Positions 26,346-39,639 of a DNA stretch of 64,000 bases are shown one piece after another. How positions within the stretch are numbered: position 1 is the stretch's first letter; each line of letters begins with the position of its first letter. The notes below the pieces were generated by a model, which was not told where the DNA came from, made no database searches, and saw nothing but the letters and a program-made list of their open reading frames with translations. Origin of the DNA: Lama glama (taxonomy: Eukaryota); assembly GCA_028534125.1 (NCBI GenBank), contig CM052817.1, positions 100,504,001 through 100,568,000 on the forward strand. The letters run 5' to 3'. The position numbers and the translations under genes were made by a program.

Positions 26346-27815
26346 ATAAACCCTCACATTTATAGTCAGTTGATCATCAACACTGGCAAGATAATTCAAT
26401 ACGAGAAAGAACAGTCCTTTTAATAAATTCTGCTGGGGGCAACTTGATAGCCACACATAAAAGAATGAAGTTGGATTCCTAACTCACACCATACATAAAA
26501 ATGTATTTAACTTAAAATGGATCATAGACCTAAATGTAAGAACCAAAACTATAAAATGCTGAGTAGAACACATAAGCATAACTCTTCATGACCTTGGGTT
26601 AAGCAATGATTTCTTAGATACCACACACACAGCAAAAGAGACTGAATAAATAAAATAAATTGGACCTCATCAAAATTAAAACTTCTGTGCTTCAAAGGAC
26701 ACCATTAAAACAGTAAAAAGACAGCCCATGGAATTGGAGAAAATATTTGCAAATTGTGTATCTGATAAGGGATTTATATCCAGCATATATAAAGAACTCT
26801 TATCACTCGTCAATAAAAATACAATAACACAATCTTGAAATGTGCAAAGGATTTGAGTAGACATTTTTATAAAGAAGATGAACATGAAAAGGTACTCAAT
26901 ATCTACTATGATGCATATGTTCATCAGCTTAATTGTGGTCATTATTTCACAAAGTATACATACACCAAAACATCAAGATGTACATGTTACAAATACAAAA
27001 ATTTTATTTATCAATTATACCACAATAAAGCTGGAAAAAAAGAGAAAAGGTACTCAACATCAACAGTTATTAAGGAAATGCAAATCAGAATCACAATATG
27101 ATTCATATCCACTAGGATGGCTAAAATAAAAAAGACAGACAATAACAAGTGTAGGTGAGGAGACGCTTGATCCCTGATATGTTCCTGGTGGGCTGATAAA
27201 ATAAGGCCAGCACTTTGGAAAACAGTTTGGCAGTTTCTCAAAAAGTTAAACTTAGAGTTACCATATGGACGAGTAATTCCATACTTAGGTATATACCCAA
27301 GAGAAAAGAAAACATATGTTTATATGTAACTCGCACACAAATGCTCATAGTAACATTATTCACAATAGCCCAACATCCCAAACATCCATCAGCTGATGAA
27401 TGGATACACAGAATGTGCTCTATCCATACAATGGCTATTATTCAGCCATAAAGGAATGGAGTGCTGATACCTACATATGACAACATGCGTGGACTTTGAA
27501 AACTTTACGCTAAGTAAAAGAAGCCAGTCAAGGAAAATCATATATTGTATGAGTCCGTGTTTATGAAATGTTCGGGACAGTCAAATCCATGGAGACAGAA
27601 AGTGGATTAATAGTTGCCAAAGGGTAAGGGTTGGAGGGAGTGACTGCTAATGGGTATGGGATTTCTTTTCCCATGTGAGAAAATGTTTTAAAATTAGATA
27701 GTGGTGATGGTTGCATAACTCTGTGACTGCATTAAGGACAACTGAATTGTACATTTTAAAAGGGTGAACTTCTTCGTGTATGAATTATATGGTGATAAAA
27801 AACAAATCAATGATT
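26346..27815 (+). mobile_element. Older L1 (L1MB-like) ORF2 3' part and 3'UTR
   Basis: Degenerate ORF2 motifs (ATGGATCATAGACCTAAATGTAAGA; TTGGAAAACAGTTTGGCAGTTTCTCAAAAAGTTAAAC; ENSLAVSQKV) and L1MB-type 3' end. Confidence 0.85.
26904..27043 (+). mobile_element. Short L1 3' tail (L1MA9/10-like) nested in the older L1
   Basis: Ends CAATTATACCACAATAAAGCTGGAAAAAAA; 18-bp TSD GAAAAGGTACTCAA(T/C)ATC at 26886-26903 and 27044-27061. Confidence 0.85.
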
Positions 27816-28069
27816 AAAGAAATCAGTGGTAAAAGAATGTGGGAGTGAACAGAGGGCATTTCCAGAGATGCTGAGGTTGTAAGTGTGGGAGGGGCTGGGA
27901 ATAGATAAAATTGAGTGGAGGTCAGAGGATGGGGGGTCCCATCCTGCCTCAGTTGGTCCACTGGTCCACTGGTCTGAATCCCTTTAACTGTCCTAGTGCT
28001 TTGGGACATTTTTTAAAATCAAAATATAATTAAGCAACCAACTATATCTTACTAATTCATCTGCCCCTA

Positions 28070-28990
28070 TTTTTTAAAATAAACTATTTTTTAGAACAGT
28101 TTTTGATTTATAGAATAATTGTGAAGATAGTAGAGTTCCCATCTACCCTGCACATCTTAGTCACGTCTTAAATCAGTTTGGTATATTTGTCACAGTTAAT
28201 GAACCCATATGGATACATTCTTACTAACTCAAGTCTGTCCTTGGTGCAGGTTTCCCTATCTAATTCCCTTTCCAGGAGCCCACAGTTCATTTAATCATCA
28301 AGTCTCTTGGGCTAAATTTCTTAGACTTTCCTTGCTTTTGGTGACCTGGACAGTTTTGAAGAGTACTGGTCAGGGGTTTTATAGAATGTCCCTCTACAGG
28401 GATTCGTCCAGTGTTTTTCTCATGTTTACACTATGGTTATAGGATTTTGGAGGAAGATCACAGAGGTAAAGTGCTGTTTTTTAACCGTTTATCAAGGGCA
28501 TACATTATCCACATGACTTACAGTGATAGGTCTGCGTCACCACCAGGCTGCGGCACTGTGTGTGTCAGGTTTCTCCTTTTGGAAATTACTCTGTTCCTCC
28601 TTTCCGGGCCGCACTCTTTGGAAGGAAGTCACTCTGTGCAGCTCACACTAAGGGGGGGGGGTTATGCTCCACTTCCTGGAGGACAGAGTCTACATAAGCA
28701 CATGAATTCTCTAGAATTCTTCCACATGGAAGATTTGCCTTTCCTCACCCATTTATTTATTTATAGATCATTTTTAAAATATCGATATGGACTTATACAC
28801 ACTTATTTTAAACTTTCAATTATATACTTTCAGTTATAATGCTACTTTTCTGTGTGTGTGGCTCAAATTTTTCCAATTTTGGCCACAGACAGCTCTTTCA
28901 GTTGGCCTGTTCCCATAATTAATAGTGTTGTGTTTTGTTTTGTTTTTCTGAGCCCTTCCATACTTTCTTGCAGTACAAGATGAGATCCTG
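28070..28990 (-). mobile_element. Old L1 3' region (L1MC/MD-like), boundaries approximate
   Basis: Motifs TTTTTAGAACAGTTTTTGATTTATAGAA...GAGTTCCC and GACAGTTTTGAAGAGTACTGGTCAGG...TAGAATGTCCCTC recalled from old L1 3' ends. Confidence 0.65.
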
Positions 28991-30431
28991 TTTTTTTATT
29001 ACAAAAAACTCTATCAAACAGAAAAGAGAAGAGAACAGTATAAAAAAAACTTCACACATTTATCTTTTAGATTTAACAACTGTTAACATTTGTGACATAT
29101 CTACCTTTTTATTTTTATATCTAACAGATTAAGATTTTAAAAACATAACCAAAATATCACGATCACACCCAACAGAGTGAATACTAATCCCTAAATATCC
29201 CCTCTTACGAGTCAGTGTTTATTTTTCTCTATTTAAAAAAAAAAGAAAAACAATTTTTACAGTTGGTTCAAATCAGGTTTACACTGGATTTGGCTAATTG
29301 TATCTTCACGTATGTAAGATGACCATCTATCTTCAATGTTTCTTAAAAACTAGAGTTAGATTTAGGAGCTGGATTATATTTTCCCCTAAAGGCACTAATA
29401 AGGACTTCTTCACCCTGAATCAGATTTTTCACATTGATGGAACTGATCTCCAGTGGAAGTGAGCACCCTGCAGACCCCCGCAGTTAGAGGACGGAAGGGA
29501 GAGCCCTGGGGGTGGGCTTGAAGGCTGAGAGGAATTCACAGCCAGTGATGCTGAGAGCAAACGCCAGGAGACACACACCCAGGCTCGTGTTTTATTAGGG
29601 CTATGACTGGTTTTGCTAGTACTGTGGGTACCAACTTCCACAGATTTTTATGGACTGCCCCAACTCTATTTTTCCCATATGACCTATTATTTTTTAGTGT
29701 GCCATTTTGTGAAGCTCAGGGTTTTTAGCAATGTATATATGAGGACAGAGCAGAAATGCTGGTACATCCTTACTGAAAAAAATAATAGGAATCAGATCAG
29801 TCCCGGCAATCTCTGAATGTCTGGCGTCTGTAAGTCCAAGGCACATCCCATCTCTGCTCAATCACTGCTGCAGGACTGATTTCTTTTACAAAATGTTATG
29901 GACCAGCTGCCTGACTGATGCCCAGGACAGCAAACGGAGCATCCTCATCAGCTGCACTGTGCGGCCTTTCAGAAATATTAATTGAGGAATCTGGGTGTTG
30001 ACAGACCAGCCCGGGAAACAGCTCGTGTGTGCCGGGTACCGCTGTTTCCACGCCAACCGGCAGATCTATTCCTGCTTTGGGAATTTTTTTAAATGATTCA
30101 TTTACAGAGCTGGGGGAAAGGACTTTTAGTCTCATCTCTTTCTATTTCATTCCCCTGCCCCTGCCCCCATCAGTGTTTCAACAAGTGATTCTTGGTTCAA
30201 ATGTCTTAAAAGCCACTGAGAAAATTAATCTTTTTTCCAGTATTTTACTGCAATCTATTTTTTTTAATTGAAGTACAGTCAGTTTACAATGTTATGTTAA
30301 TTTCTGGTGTACAGCACAGTGGTTCAGTTGTACATACATATATTTCTTTTCATATTCTTTTCATTATTGGCTACTACAAGGTATTGAATATAGTTCCCTG
30401 TGCCATACAGTAGGGCCTTGTGGCTTATCTA

Positions 30432-30432
<1 letters not shown>

Positions 30433-30487
<55 letters not shown>
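30433..30487. repeat. (TA)n microsatellite in the L1 3'UTR
   Basis: Uninterrupted TA run of about 27 units. Confidence 0.97.
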
Positions 30488-30495
<8 letters not shown>

Positions 30496-30770
30496 TATGT
30501 AGTAGTTAGTATCTGCAACTCCCAAACTCCAAATTTATCCCCTCCACCCTCCCCTTCCTCTGGTAACCATAAGTTTGTTTCCTACATCTGTGAGTCTGTT
30601 TTTGTTTTGTAAATAAGTTCATTTGTGTCATTTTTTTAGATTTCCACATATAAGTGATAACATATGGTATGATATGATATCTTTCTCTTTCTGGCTTTGT
30701 TTAGTACAACAATCTCCAGATCCATCCATGTTACTGCAAATGGCATTTTTTTATAGCTGAGTAGTATTCC

Positions 30771-30807
30771 TGTGTGTGTGTGTGTGTGTGTGTGAGTGAG
30801 TGAGTGT
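30771..30807. repeat. (TG)n/(TGAG)n compound microsatellite
   Basis: Directly visible. Confidence 0.9.
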
Positions 30808-33800
30808 ATAGTATATATACCACATCATCTTTATCTAGTCATCTGTCAATGGACAGTTAGGTTGTTTCCATGTCTTGGCTATTGTAAATAGTGCTGCTAT
30901 GAATATTTGGGTGCATGTATCTTTTTGAATTAGAGTTTCCTCCAGATATATGTCCAGGAGTGGAGTTACTGGATCATATGGTAAGTCTATTTTCAGTTTT
31001 TTAAGGAATCTCCATACTGTTTTCCATAGTGGCTGTTCCAAACTACATTTCCACTAACAGTGTAAGGGGCTCCCTTTCTCCACAGCCTCTCCAGCATTTA
31101 TTGTTTGTGGACTTTTGAATAATTGCCATTCTAACTGGTGTGAGGGGATATCTCATTGTAGTTTTGATTTGCATTTCTCTGATAATTAGCAATACTGAGC
31201 ATTTTTCATGTACCTATTGGCCATTTGTATGTCTTCATTGGAGAATTGCTTGTTTAGGTCTTCTGCCCATTTTTTAATTGGGTTGTTTGTTCTTTTGTTA
31301 TTGAGTTGCATGAGCTGTTTGTATATTCTGGAAATTAAACCCTTGTCAGTCACATCATTTGCAAATATTGTCTCCCATTCCATAGGTTGTCTTTTTGTTT
31401 TGTTTCTAGCTTCCCTTGCTGTGCAAAGATTTTTAAGTTTAATTAGGTCCCATTTGTTTTTGCCTTTATTTCTATTGCCTTGGTAGACTGCCCTAGGAGA
31501 ACACTGCTAAGGTTTATATCAAGAAATATTTTGCCCATGTTTTCTTCTAGGAGGTTCACAGTGTCTTGTATTATGTTTAGGACTTAAAGCGATTTTGAGT
31601 TTATTTCTCTGTATGGTATGAGGAAGTACTCGAGCTTCATTGCTTTACATGCAGCTGTTCAGCTTTTCCAACACCTGTTTGCTGAAGAAACTGTCTTTTC
31701 TCCGTTGTATATTCTTACCTCTGGCTCTCAGATTAATTGACCGCAGGTGTGTGGGTTTATTTCTGGGCTCTCCATTCTGCTCCATTGAGCCGTAAGTGTC
31801 TGATTTTGTGCCAACACCATGCTGTTTGGATTACTGTAGCTCTGTAGTATTGTCTGAAGTCTGCAAGGGTTATGCCTCCAGCTTCTTCTTCTTCTTCTTC
31901 TTTTTTTTTTTTTTTTTTGAAACTGCTTTGGGAATTCTGGGTCTTCTGTGACTCCATATAAATTTTAGGATTATTTGTTCTAGTTGTGAAAAATGTCCTG
32001 AGTAATTTGATAGAGGTCACATTAAAATCTACAGATTGCTTTGGGTAGTAGAGACTTTTTAGCAACATTCATTCTTCCAATCCAAGAGTAAGGGATATCT
32101 TTCCTCTTTAAATCATCTTTAATTTCCTTAATCAATGTTCTGTAGTTCTCCATGTGTAAGTCTTTCACCTCCTTGGTAAGGTTTATTCCTTTGTATTTTA
32201 TAGAAAATTAAATTGAAAATATACAATTTATAAAACAAACAAAAAACACTTTATGGTGCTTTTAGGAAGAGAGGCATCACCATCAAAGGGAAATCAAACC
32301 ACCTTCGACTGACAGAGCTCCGGAAAAAAACTGCTTCCTGTGACCTGGCCCTGGCATCACACCCCCATCTCCTCTCTGTTCCAAACGCCAGTGTGGCACC
32401 TCCTCCTTACCTCCCCGACCCCCGCCATCCCCAGCGGCCTCCAGGGAGTCATGGAAACAGAGACTGGGTATCAGGACTGCTTCCTACTACTTGGGGAGAG
32501 TATCCCCAGGGAGTGGCCTCCTGCCCCCCAAGCAGGGACAGTTTGGGGGAAGGGTCTCCAGCTCCAGCTGGGGTTCAGTTGCCAGGCCAGTGGCTGCCCT
32601 ACTGCCCCATATTCCATGATGGAGGAGTTTCTGGAGTGGTCTGTGCCATGTCCCTCCAGGTGCCATCCTGACCTTGGTCCCCACACTCAAGGCTCTGGGA
32701 AGTTTCCAACGTTCTTGACTCAAGCAAGATGGGGAGCAGAAGCCTCACTCCTCATCCCCCAGAACCTGGGACCATGAAGTTCCTTCTGTTCCCAACACCC
32801 TGCTCTCTCTTTGGATCCTTCTTTCTTTGCATTCCTTCCCTCCTTTCCTGAACCTGCACTTCCTCCATTTTCCAATTCTACGCCCTCCCTCAAAAATCAC
32901 ATCTCAAGTTTCTTCTTATGTCTGACACCTTTCCCAGCTTTCAGAACTTTCTAGAACTGGGCGGGGTGGGGGTGGGGCAGCTTTAGTTTCCTTACTGGAG
33001 GCTAATCTCTGATCCCTACCACCCTCTGTTTGGGTCACTTTAGGCAAAGGGCAGGTGTGCACTTAGCTTCCGTTTGCTCATTGATAAAACAGAGAGAAAA
33101 CTCACCCATTTCTAGGACTCACTGTAAAAAGAGCTCTCTGAGAGGTGGCTGTGGTGGCTGTCATGATTTTAGTTTCCCAAGCAGTGTTCCTGTTCCCAGC
33201 CCATTCAGTCCCGGCAGCATCTTTCCTGCAAAATCAGACCTCGAGGCTACAGGTGGTGGTGGTGGGGGGGGGGATGCGAGGCCCCCACGGGGACCCCAAC
33301 TTCCCAGAAGCTCAGGATCCGGTCTGAGCCCCTCCGGGCAGCGCTGCGCTGCTGCTCCCCTTTCAAGGACTTATCTGATTGTTGCCTCTATAGTTTCCCT
33401 CTCCGTCCAGTCGCTCCACAGACCCTGGGAGTCAGGGTCCCAGTCCACGGCCTGCCCCCCTGGCCTTGCTGGTCTCCCGCTGCCTTCCAGTCCAAGGGAG
33501 GGCCCTTCCCGAGCCCTGTCAACTCCCAACGCCGTGGGGGGGGGGTGTGCAGAGGGGACAAGTGGCAGTTCTACAAACTCAGGGGACTCCAGGATTTCTA
33601 GCTCAGCTGCCTGAGGATAAAGTTTTCCTTCCCTCCTTACACAGCTCCTCTTGGAGCCGCAGGGTGGCTGCTCCAGTATGTCTGATGGGATTTCTCTTCC
33701 TCTGGAAGCTCAATTCCTTTGTCTGCTTCCCTCCAGTTGTGCCTGGCCCCCAAGGCCTGCTCGGGCAGCCCCCAGGGTGTGTCACGAGTCCTTGAGAACC

Positions 33801-34919
33801 ATGCTGCTTCCGGGCAGCCCGATTCGGGGAACAGGGAGCAATGTGTTTTCTCCAAATCAGTTCTGCTGAAGGATGGCGCGCCCTCTCTTCCCCAGACTCC
33901 CAGGAAGCTTCTGCAGTGTGCCTGCTGCCACAATTCAGCATCCACTTGGTTAAAATAGCTTTTTTATTTATTGACTGGTAAAATCCTCTATTTGTCAACC
34001 CATTCCGGGTTCCTCTAAAGATAAAATGGAGGGGAAAACCCAAAAGGAGAATTAAGGCTTGGCTGCAGTCTTGCCGACTTTTGCTTCATTTCATTGTAAA
34101 TTGAGTGCGATAAAACAGTGTCGGCAGCCTGCACGAAGCAGCTGTATAATCTTCTTTTGTGCAAGGAACTCAATTCCGGAGCAGGGGATTCGCACCTAAG
34201 AGAAGTCTAATGATGGTGGATGGCTTCCCTACACTAATTACATCTTCCTTTATATCTTTGGCTTGAACTCTAATTTGCTTACAGTTTAACGAACATCAGT
34301 TCCTGCAGTGAGATATCTAAGTCCCGGGGAGACTGAATACTTGGGCAGTCAAATGCTGTCACTGTTGGCACTCATCTTCAAACCCTCTGTCTTCTCAACA
34401 GACTTCTGAAGGAGAGGGGCTCTTTAAAGGCTGGCGACTCACTTTTGAGCAGTGACTGTACACTTGAATTAACAGCCATGACTGGGCAGGAGATTTGGGT
34501 TGTGCTGAAAAATAAATAATAATTTTGACAAAAGGCTTTCCTGGTTTAGGTACCGACAGGAGTGGTCAGCTTCCATCACTGACTGATGCAAAAGCTGAAC
34601 ATTTTATATTTGTTTGTTTCCCCGACTTTGGTTTCCCCAGAAAATCTCTGTTGCTTTCTTCAGGGGTTTTCTCTTCAACTCTGAGAATCTGGGAAATGAG
34701 GAACAGTAGAGGCAGGGCAGGGGCTCCAACCTGGCCCTGTGGCTCATTTCCAAGGTCTCACCCTTGTCACACTTCCCCACCAGGAGGGAGACACTGAGGT
34801 TGCTTTGATGGCAGATGACATCACTTTATACAATTACAACTAGCAACGATCATCGGTTACTTTACTGATTTTGATTTCAGTATCTGCGATGAAGGACCGT
34901 GCAGGTGAATGACCCAGAG

Positions 34920-35030
34920 GTCATGCAGATGGTGATTCGGCAGGTCTGGGAGGGGACCCGAGAGTCTGCATCTCTGAGAAGCTCACTGATGATTCTGCCA
35001 CTTCTGGTCTGCAGACCCCACTTTGAGTCT
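34920..35030. mobile_element. MER5-like hAT-Charlie fragment
   Basis: GATTCGGCAGGTCTGGGAGGGGACCCGAGAGTCTGCAT...GACCCCACTTTGAG. Confidence 0.6.
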
Positions 35031-35812
35031 CTTTACCACGATGATCTGGTTTCATCTTCATGGCAACCTGTGAGTTAGAGAGTCCTTCACAGATGAGGCT
35101 GTTGAGGTGCAAGACGATTAGGTAACACACCTGAGGTCACCTGGCTTGGATCTGATTGACGCTGGTCTGGCGCTGCAGCCTGAACTCACAGCTGCTGTAC
35201 ATAGTGCCTCTCTTTTTCAGTAGGCGCACTCGTGAAAAGAGATGCAATGAATTTGGTGCAGTGACCTTCACCCAGAGAATTCTGTAGGGAGCCCTTGTTA
35301 AATTAACCAATAAGCCACCTCTCCACCATCCACCCTGTCAATCAGGGTCTGCATCTGTCCAGCCCTGGGCCCTGACCTGGACCAGCCCAGAGCTCCTGGC
35401 AAGGCAGGAGGAATCAGCCAGACATCAGACACCTCTGGTCACATTGCAGTAACACTTTCAGCAGCCCCCCAAAAACCAATGTTCTTTTTGATTACTTTGG
35501 GTCAGATTGCTCAGAAGTGATTGCAGGCAGAAGAGGTTAACTTTTGCACCTCATCTAAGAATTACAGACAGCACAATATACCTTCCTGGGGTTGCTTCTC
35601 CATTTTGTTGAAATAACCCATTATCCTCCAAAACCACGCACCAGAGTCGGGGTCCAAAGGGAGAAGCAACGGTGTGTGGTGGGTAAGCGTGGAGGCTCTG
35701 GGTTCAAATTCTGACTTAACTAACTGTTATGGGCTTGGCCAATTTGCATAATCTTTCAGTGCCTCTGTTTTTTCACCTGCAGAGGAGAGACAATGATCAT
35801 GATAATACTGAC

Positions 35813-36351
35813 TGTCTGGGAGGAAGACATCTCTCTCTAGATTCTTCCGGCGGGTCTAAGAATTAAGTTAACATGAGACAGATTAACTGAAGAAAATCAC
35901 ACAAAATTTGAATAACACGTATCGAAGGGAGAGGACCAGGAAAACTGAGTGACCCACTAAATGGCCAAAGCCCTCAACTGAAACAGTGCCCTCAGCAAAA
36001 GACGAAAGAAAAGTTGGAGACTTCAAAGGAGAGGAAGACAATTCACACGGAGATGAAAAGCAAATGTCTGAGAAATAAATGTTGTCTGGGCCCCCGGAGA
36101 GACAGTGGGACACAGAGTGGACTCTGGCCCCTAGGCTCTGCCCAAGCTTCCCCACCACGCCAGCCTGTATACTCTGCAGACATCTCTGGAGATAACTATA
36201 TTCTGGGAACAGGGCCTCTGTGTTCATTCTTTTGGACAATTAGGGAAAAGGTCAAAGTTTTTCCCTGAGTCTTTTGGACATTGGTTATTTTTAGCTTGAA
36301 ATAATCCACATGCCAGAGACATTTTGGGGTGGCAAGTTTTGTTCCCCTCCA
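35813..36351 (-). mobile_element. Solo ERV1-type LTR inserted into a MIR
   Basis: TG...CA termini; end ATAATCCACATGCCAGAGACATTTTGGGGTGGCAAGTTTTGTTCCCCTCCA resembles MER41/MER34-class LTRs; MIR halves at ~35690-35812 and ~36352-36445. Confidence 0.7.
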
Positions 36352-36679
36352 CTACCTGATGGATTTTTTGTAAAAATTACATGAATTAATTCATGTGAGG
36401 TGCCTGCTGTGCGCTAATCCCTCAAAAAATGTATGCTACCATTATCAACAGGGACCTGAAACAGCTTTGCTGAGATTGTCTCCCAAAAATGTAGGTGATG
36501 TTTCTTTTTTCTGTACATACATTTAAGGCCAAGTAGCTAACTTTACTGATTCTTCCCAGTAGGGAGTAATGGGAAGAGGCCTGCCACCAAAGCAGGGAGA
36601 GAGGAAAACAGACAAGTGGATTTCAGTACTTGTATGAATTATGCTTCTGTTTACACACGGAGTCTTGAGGCTAAGATCC

Positions 36680-37083
36680 TGTTAAAAAAACAAAATTCAG
36701 CTGAGTAAATTTTAAAGATCTTATTGACTTTTGGCTTTATTCAACAATTCATAAATTGGGCAGTACCCCAGCTAGCAAGTAGAAAGGAGCTCCAAAGAGC
36801 TATACAAAATGAAAGACTTTCATAGGCAGATGGAGGCAGGATGAGAAAGTTATTCTAGCAAAGAGTGGATTGTTCCAGGCAAGGTCCCCTTCCTTTGGGG
36901 AACGTCAGGGGTCTAATCAGGTGAATTCCCTCACTAGGGCTGATCAGGAAATTCCAGACTGACTGGTTAAGTTGACTTTGCCGAGAGAGGCTGAAATCGC
37001 AATCACGTTCAGTATTAAGTCTCAGTTTGGTGATGTGGGCTTAGCACAAGTGACTCCACTTGGGCCCGTTGTCTCTTTTCACA
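36680..37083 (-). mobile_element. Solo ERV-type LTR
   Basis: TGTTA...TCACA termini, minus-strand AATAAA at 36736-36741 near its 3' end, 404 bp. Confidence 0.65.
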
Positions 37084-39639
37084 GCCCTCTCCTTTAACTA
37101 CAGCTGTGTGTATAGATGACACTTGCCAATCTCAGATCCTGTGCTTTCAATGCAGGACTGAAATGCAAACATACTTGTAACGTGGAAACACACTTTTATT
37201 TCCTAAGGGCCCTGTAATCAAGGCAAAAGCTATTACTTGATCACATAATTAACCTTAGGAATAGAAGTGTAAACAGCACAATTCATGAATTTGTTAATTG
37301 GCCTTCCCTGCTACTGATATTAGCCCAGGTTGATCTGTTGTTCTCCTCTGTTGATTATCTGAAATAGGAAGTTTGCTAATTTGGATTTCTCCAGGGTAAG
37401 CAAGGGAAAAGAGTGAAGTAAGGGCTTTTGAACAATTTGGGTATATTTCATAGGTAAGTGACTATTTTTTTTTTCTCTTAGAGATGGACACACTTAGAAG
37501 GAAGCCATTCTCCATCTTAGCAGCTCTGGACCGCTCTCCAGATTTCCGTTCTGTGCACTGATTAGCCAGATTGCTGGTTACTGATGTGGGAGGCCACCCC
37601 CCACCCCCACCCCGGGCAGCAGAGACATAAAACAACCAGTAATGCTCATCGGCAGTCATGCTTTCAGGACTCTGAATCTCAGCCTAATTTAGTTCTAATT
37701 TATTTTCCCCATTGCAATGACTCCTTAGCTGAGTGGAAATAAACAGAAACACTAGGGTGTGTGTACGCTCAGGCCCTGCGAATGGAAGACGCGTGCGTGT
37801 GTGGTCACAGGTGGGGAGGCACAGTACCACGATTCCTCTCTTAGGAGTTTTAAAGAATTATACTCACCAAAGCAGAAGTCTTGGATTCTGAGAGAAAGGA
37901 AATGTCATGGCATTCCTCTCCTTGGTGTTTCTTTTCCAACAAGACACACCTGTGGGCTGATTTCCAGAAGCAGCCAATCAATACTGAAGAGATCCTTTCA
38001 TTGGAGCCCTGGTTATGAAGCAGAGTTGCTTAATTAAGTTGGACCCTGGGCCTCTGATGGCTGCTTTAATTAAAAAGAAAAAAAAAGAAAAAAAAACCAA
38101 ACCCAAAATTTCACTGAGGGTAGTGATATCAGGCCCAATCTGTTCATACATACTTATCATTCAAGGATCCATCTTGTGAAGTCACTGATGACCTCAGAAA
38201 ATTAACAAGCTGCCCACTTCAACAAACAGCTTATTTCCGTTGTCAAGTGATGGTTAAATAGCTCTCGAAAAAGAAAAGCTTGCTAATGGCCCCTGAAGTT
38301 GCTTTGAAACCTTTAGGTCTCTTGCTAGTTAAGAGCCAACCAGGAGGCCACAGTGAAACATACACAGATGAACAGCCTGGGGCCACGGGGCCTGAGCACC
38401 ACAAACCGCCAAGTGCAGACAGGGCATGTCTGTGGTTTGGGGGCCTCTGGCAATCTGGGATATGTTCAAAAGGATCAGGTGGCCGCAGTCTGTCTGTCAC
38501 CGGGATCTTAGGACTCAGCCTGGGGCGCTGAGCTGACGGCAGCGAGCCCCACCCCCAGGCTCTGGCCCCGCCCTGCAAGCCTGTGGGCCTCTGAGGCTTA
38601 CTGAGGCTTACCTCTGAGGCGCCTTTCCTGAGCACGGTCAGGGCCGATGAAGAACTCAAGGCACTGCTGCTGTCTGTTAGGCAGGTTTGGAAGGTCAGGA
38701 GTAACTCACAGTGACAGCGCCCCAGTCACGTCTCTTCTGGGGACCAACATGCACCCAGACTCATTCGCGCTGCACACTTCCCCTTGGGGGTAACCGTGCG
38801 CACACCCTCAACGCTGAGTTTCAGCAGGACCTCACACAGACACAAGGAAAGTCTTCCAGCGCATGGCTTCTGCTCTTCTACTGGCCCCTCTCTGGCCTGG
38901 TTGAAATTTTGATCTCAAATTTCAAGGGAAAAACATTTCCAAAAGAGATGACTCTGGACTTCCCTTTACAAAAAGGTTAGTCATTTTCACTTGTCTGCGG
39001 AGACGTATTTCCAAGCAGACAAAATGCTTAAGATACCTGGTGGGAGAGTTTGGAAGTGCAACCCAATGCTAGTTCAAAGGAGGTCGTGGAAAAGCAGGTC
39101 AGGGAGGGGATGGCGGCCGTACCCCTGGGGCTCCAGAAGCAGCCAGTCCTCTTGATGTAGGACACATGGGCTACAACTCGGGTTCCCTATCCATCCGTGC
39201 TCAGATCAGAACCTGATCAAAAGTGCGGATTCTTCTCTTCCAGATCTTAATGGAATGTAATTTTCACCTTGAGACTGAGTGATAAAATAAAGCACTTTTT
39301 ATTTTATCTTTTATTTTAACTCATAAACCAGAGACCACACTGAGCACATCACAGGCATGGTCTACTCAGACCTCCAACGGCTTACTGAGGAGGCTTATTT
39401 TGGGGCCCCCTTTACGGATGAAAAATGGGGACAGAGCACCTGGGTCATTTGCCCCTATACAGCTCTCACCCTGTGGAACTCCTCCAGGGGGAGCCTCCAG
39501 AGACCCCTTTCGTGCCATTAGACCAGGTGTCATAGTGACTAGCTTGATCAGTGCCTTGTTAATGGATGCTGACTGGCTGGGTAAGAACGCCATTATTTCT
39601 GAACTCTGCTCTACTAATTTTTTTTTTTGGCCTTACTTT

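Larger units (their letters stand above)
30258..32195 (-). mobile_element. ~1.9 kb 5'-truncated L1 (artiodactyl-type), ORF2 C-terminus plus 3'UTR
   Basis: ORF track fragments [64 protein letters not shown] are L1 ORF2p; T-rich tail at left end; frameshifted. Confidence 0.93.

Noticed and set aside
30835..32068. ORFs resembling a retroelement protein
   Set aside because: Frameshifted, 5'-truncated L1 ORF2 remnants, not an active gene
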